From contig CAWFJJ010000002.1 in assembly GCA_963816185.1 (NCBI GenBank), positions 1-20,863 on the forward strand: a stretch of 20,863 nt of DNA, written 5' to 3'. Under the pieces are notes generated by a model that had not been told where the DNA came from, did no database searches, and saw nothing but the letters and a program-made list of their open reading frames with translations. Shown here one piece after another: positions 17,366-20,863 of the stretch. The translations under genes were made by a program, and so were the position numbers. Within the stretch, counting starts at the first letter, position 1, and each line of letters starts with the position of its first letter. Origin of the DNA: Thermoanaerobaculia bacterium (GTDB taxonomy: Bacteria > Acidobacteriota > Thermoanaerobaculia > UBA5066).

Positions 17366-18928
17366 ATGAAACGTGCTCTGCTTTTCCTCACCCTGGTCGC
17401 CGCCGTCGCGGCCCTGCCGCAGGTCGCGAAATCTCAGGATGCGGCTGCGATCCAGGACCGACTTCGCTGGATCAGTAGTTTCGCGATGAGCGGCGCGCTG
17501 TACCATTCGCACATGCAGGCGCTCGGCTTGGACATGAAGGTCGACTCCCTCGGCCCCTACCAGCCACCCGATCTCGGGCCTCTAATCAGCACCAGCTATG
17601 TCGCCACTCATGACAGCCCTAACCAGGACGTCGAACCCACCATCTCGAATGTCTTGATGGGGTATACCCCATACATCACCAGCGCCTATATGACCTATTC
17701 GTCCGTAGCCCCGAACTTGCCTCTCATTCACTCAGTCACCACGACAGATTCCTTCACCACCTTTACGCCCAGTTCGCCTTTCCTCATGCCGCCCACGGTA
17801 CCACCCCACGGTTCCTTCCAACAGGCCTACGATCCGTTTCTGGCCTCAAGTCCAAGCAACGGCCACCTGTACACGGTCGGCGTGGCCAACACCTACCCGC
17901 CATCGGTTACGGCTGTCTGTGTGTGGGCCTCAACTAACGGCGGCAGCGTGTGGTCTGCGCCTACCGCCATCGAGAACAATTCTGCCGACACGACCTACGA
18001 GCTTGACAAGCCGCACATTGCGGTCAACCCCAACAATGGCTACGTGTTTGTCACCTATCTCCAATACACTCCCTATCAACCGCCCGCCCCGCTTGGCGAG
18101 GCCAACATCCACCTTGCCCGCAGTACGGATGGAGGCGCCCACTTCACACTTCTAAATGCGCCTCAGGGCAGTTCCGGCGTGGTCGGCGGGCCTCAGCTGG
18201 CTGTCAATCCGACCAACAGCAATCTCTATCTCGTCTGGGCTGATTACGGCACCAACTCCTTGCGTGTCAGTACCTCAACAGATAACGGCAATTCCTGGGG
18301 CACGCCAGTGAATCTTTCCATCCCTACGGGCCACCTTATCGGTCCAGTAGCGGGTCTGAGGTGTGACATTCCGAATCAGCTGCCGAACTATTTCTACCCA
18401 TGCCTCAGCAACTACATCCGGATTTATAGTCTACCAATCGTGCGCTACAACCCAGTGGCTAGTGTGTTGGGGGTCACCTGGCACCAGCGCGAGGATAACG
18501 GGACGACGAATCCCGTGCCGACCGACACGTACTACTCCACCTTTAACGGATCCACATGGCTGGCGCCGGTCGTTGTTTCAGCTACAGCGGGCGTGAACGA
18601 ATTCATGCCGGCGCTTGACAGCGATGATGACGGCAACGTGTCGATAACCTACTATAGTACATCAGGGATCACTGGCAACGCAAAGTACCGTGAATGGCTT
18701 GCCTTCCGGATTTCCAACGGGACGGTCATAAGGACGAACCGCTTGCTGGCTTCGCTGCCGTCCGACCCGCACAACTACACGATTTGGCCGTACTTTATCG
18801 GCGACTATCAGGATGGTACGAGCATTCGTGACATGGGGTACCGCAGGTACGTTCCGGCTTGGGTCGGCATCGACGCTGGCTTCAATCCACCTCGTGGAGA
18901 GATCCACTTCACAGACGACAGCTACTGA
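17366..18928 (+). CDS. Secreted Asp-box (BNR) beta-propeller, sialidase-like fold
   Basis: Signal peptide MKRALLFLTLVAAVAA; ASTNGGSVW, RSTDGGAHF, TSTDNGNSW; DKPHIAV and FIGDYQ motifs. Confidence 0.85.
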   Translation: MKRALLFLTLVAAVAALPQVAKSQDAAAIQDRLRWISSFAMSGALYHSHMQALGLDMKVDSLGPYQPPDLGPLISTSYVATHDSPNQDVEPTISNVLMGYTPYITSAYMTYSSVAPNLPLIHSVTTTDSFTTFTPSSPFLMPPTVPPHGSFQQAYDPFLASSPSNGHLYTVGVANTYPPSVTAVCVWASTNGGSVWSAPTAIENNSADTTYELDKPHIAVNPNNGYVFVTYLQYTPYQPPAPLGEANIHLARSTDGGAHFTLLNAPQGSSGVVGGPQLAVNPTNSNLYLVWADYGTNSLRVSTSTDNGNSWGTPVNLSIPTGHLIGPVAGLRCDIPNQLPNYFYPCLSNYIRIYSLPIVRYNPVASVLGVTWHQREDNGTTNPVPTDTYYSTFNGSTWLAPVVVSATAGVNEFMPALDSDDDGNVSITYYSTSGITGNAKYREWLAFRISNGTVIRTNRLLASLPSDPHNYTIWPYFIGDYQDGTSIRDMGYRRYVPAWVGIDAGFNPPRGEIHFTDDSY

Positions 18929-18992
18929 GCCCACCGGGGCGGGCTGATCTCCGTGTGCGACCGGCCCCATCGTGCTCGAAGGAGATTCACTC

Positions 18993-20699
18993 ATGCGCCA
19001 GGAGGGAGCACGAAGGGCCGTCTCGGCGGTAGCTTTTCTGTTCGCGCTGCTTTCGGCGCCGTTGCGAGCCGGCACGATCTCCGAGTTTCCCCTTCCCGCA
19101 GGGACACCCGTAACCGGCAGTTACTTCGGTGCCTATGCTCGGGCCATCACGGCTGGCTCTGACGGGAACGTGTGGCTCACCGACCTTAGGCGCCTAAGCA
19201 TCATCCGCATGACCCCTAGCGGGGACGTCACGGAATTCAACACGCCGGCTCTCGGCATCACGGTCGGGGATGACGGGAATGTCTGGTTCACCTCAGGGGG
19301 TCAGATCGGCCGGCTGTCGCCAGACGGCGCAACGCAAGCATGGTTTCCTCTCCAAACCGGGAAGTACGCCGTAGGAATCGTCTCCGGACCAGACGGAAAC
19401 CTCTGGTTCACCGAGAGTAACGGTGAGGGCCCCAATCCCGGCGGCTCGCCACCTCTTCCCACGGCAATCGGGAGGCTTACGCCGGCAGGGACGATGACTG
19501 AATATCCGTGGGTGCAGGCTTCCGACATCATTGTCGGGCCCGACCGTGGCCTTTGGTTCATAGCAAATTTCTTTTCTCTGGGGCGCGCAACGCTTCAGGG
19601 AGTCCTGAGCGGGATCACGTTTCAGCCGGCCATCAACGGCTTGAACGCCATCACCCTCGGCCCTGACGGAAACGTCTGGTTCACTTCGGGTTCTGTCGGT
19701 AAGATCTCACTGACCGGCGAGGCCACGCAATACGCCGTCCCGACCCCCAACGCCAACGCGTTCGACATTGTCGCCGGCCCTGACGGCAACCTATGGTTCA
19801 CCGAGATGAGCGCCAACCAGATTGGCCGGATCACGCCGCAAGGCGTCATCACGGAGTTTCCGGTCCCGACCCCGGATTCTCAACCTGCCGCCATCTGCGT
19901 GGGCCCCGACGGCAACATCTGGTTCACGGAGTCAAACGCCGCCAAGGTGGGGCGCCTCGCTCTCTCCGGGCCCGCCGCCGGCAACATCACGCTGACCGTT
20001 CCAGCCGCCGCCTCGGCGCATGGCGTCAACGGCACGTTCTTCCACACCGACCTGTGGCTCATGAACCGCTCGTTTACGTCGCCGGTCGTCGCGACGCTAA
20101 CGTACCGGTGCACGACTGGATTCGCCTGTGGCAACGCCGTGCAAGCGGTCACGCTTCCGGCCCGCCAGAGCGTCATGCTCACCGACGTCATCGGCCGGAC
20201 CTTCAACGCTCCGAGCACCTCCGGCGCCATCGAGATTTCCTCGCCGACGACCTCCGGCCCCGTCAGTGCGTCCTCGCAGGTCTCATCGCCGCTGCCGCCG
20301 GCTCCCGCATTCGGGACGCTGGTCCCAGCCTTCCCGCTCTCCGATGCGAAAATGCACACGGTCTTCATCGGCATCCAGTCAGGCGGCGGCTTGACGTCGG
20401 GCTCGCGGTCCAACGCTGGGGCGTACAACCCGCAGCCAGTGCCCGTGGACGTAACCTTCGCCCTCTTCAAGGGGGATGGGACGACGCTCGGGACATACTC
20501 GAGGACGTTCGGGCCGAATGAGGCCTATCAGCTCTACCCGAACATCTTCGACCTGCTCGGCGCGGGCGCGACGGTGGCGACGGACGCGTATCTCGTCGTG
20601 ACCGCCACGGCCCCTGTGTTCCCGTACGTCACCGTCATCGACAACGTCTCCGGCGACTCGTCATTCCTCTCGGCCTCGGACGATGAGACAGCACCGTAA
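18993..20699 (+). CDS. Secreted Vgb (virginiamycin B lyase)-like beta-propeller with the shared C-terminal domain
   Basis: About seven IxxGPDGNxWFTE repeats; AAGGAG before ATG18993; tail LTVPAAASAHGVNGTFFHTDLWLMN...VIDNVSGDSSF. Confidence 0.88.
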   Translation: MRQEGARRAVSAVAFLFALLSAPLRAGTISEFPLPAGTPVTGSYFGAYARAITAGSDGNVWLTDLRRLSIIRMTPSGDVTEFNTPALGITVGDDGNVWFTSGGQIGRLSPDGATQAWFPLQTGKYAVGIVSGPDGNLWFTESNGEGPNPGGSPPLPTAIGRLTPAGTMTEYPWVQASDIIVGPDRGLWFIANFFSLGRATLQGVLSGITFQPAINGLNAITLGPDGNVWFTSGSVGKISLTGEATQYAVPTPNANAFDIVAGPDGNLWFTEMSANQIGRITPQGVITEFPVPTPDSQPAAICVGPDGNIWFTESNAAKVGRLALSGPAAGNITLTVPAAASAHGVNGTFFHTDLWLMNRSFTSPVVATLTYRCTTGFACGNAVQAVTLPARQSVMLTDVIGRTFNAPSTSGAIEISSPTTSGPVSASSQVSSPLPPAPAFGTLVPAFPLSDAKMHTVFIGIQSGGGLTSGSRSNAGAYNPQPVPVDVTFALFKGDGTTLGTYSRTFGPNEAYQLYPNIFDLLGAGATVATDAYLVVTATAPVFPYVTVIDNVSGDSSFLSASDDETAP

Positions 20700-20712
20700 T
20701 TTCCCCACGGCC

Positions 20713-20744
20713 TGTAGGGGCACAATGGGAATTGTCGGGGGCTG
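20713..20744 (+). repeat. GTAG-type REP copy
   Basis: TGTAGGGGCACAATGGGAATTGTCGGGGGCTG, 13 bp after a stop codon. Confidence 0.75.
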
Positions 20745-20863
20745 GTGCGCACGGACCAGAAGTCGGCCGTGGTTCGCGTGCCCGCGGTGCAGGCCCTGGC
20801 CCCATTCCATCTGGGGTGGCACTCTTCAGCGTAACCGGACGTGTGCCGCGCAACCGATTCCAC

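Noticed and set aside
18993-19960. Streptogramin resistance gene vgb
   Set aside because: The signal peptide and extra domain point to a generic secreted propeller; lyase activity cannot be supported from the sequence.

Overview
GC-rich bacterial window, inferred to be Acidobacteriota (Thermoanaerobaculia-like) from the tatA type and a repeated C-terminal domain in secreted proteins. Left to right it contains: (1) a phage-like fragment with a terminase split into an ATPase tail and two tandem RNase H-like nuclease genes, a convergent HU/IHF gene and a possible site-specific recombination site; (2) a 5'-truncated gene and a Ser/Thr kinase with TPR repeats; (3) an integrase-less integron cassette array on the minus strand (four cassettes, ~60-bp attC sites), with one attC precisely interrupted by an IS1111-type IS110 element whose downstream non-coding region carries short matches to the attC target and to its own ends, i.e. 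a candidate bridge/seek RNA; (4) a cupin gene split by a complete IS3-family element with a 3-bp target duplication; (5) a structured leader plus terminator upstream of tatA and a truncated DDE integrase; (6) three large secreted proteins, two sharing a ~230-aa C-terminal domain, and a divergent ECF-like sigma factor. GTAG-type REP repeats occur at three loci. Many frameshifts fall between ~7.7 and 12.1 kb and may be decay or sequencing error. All calls come from reading the sequence; no searches were run.
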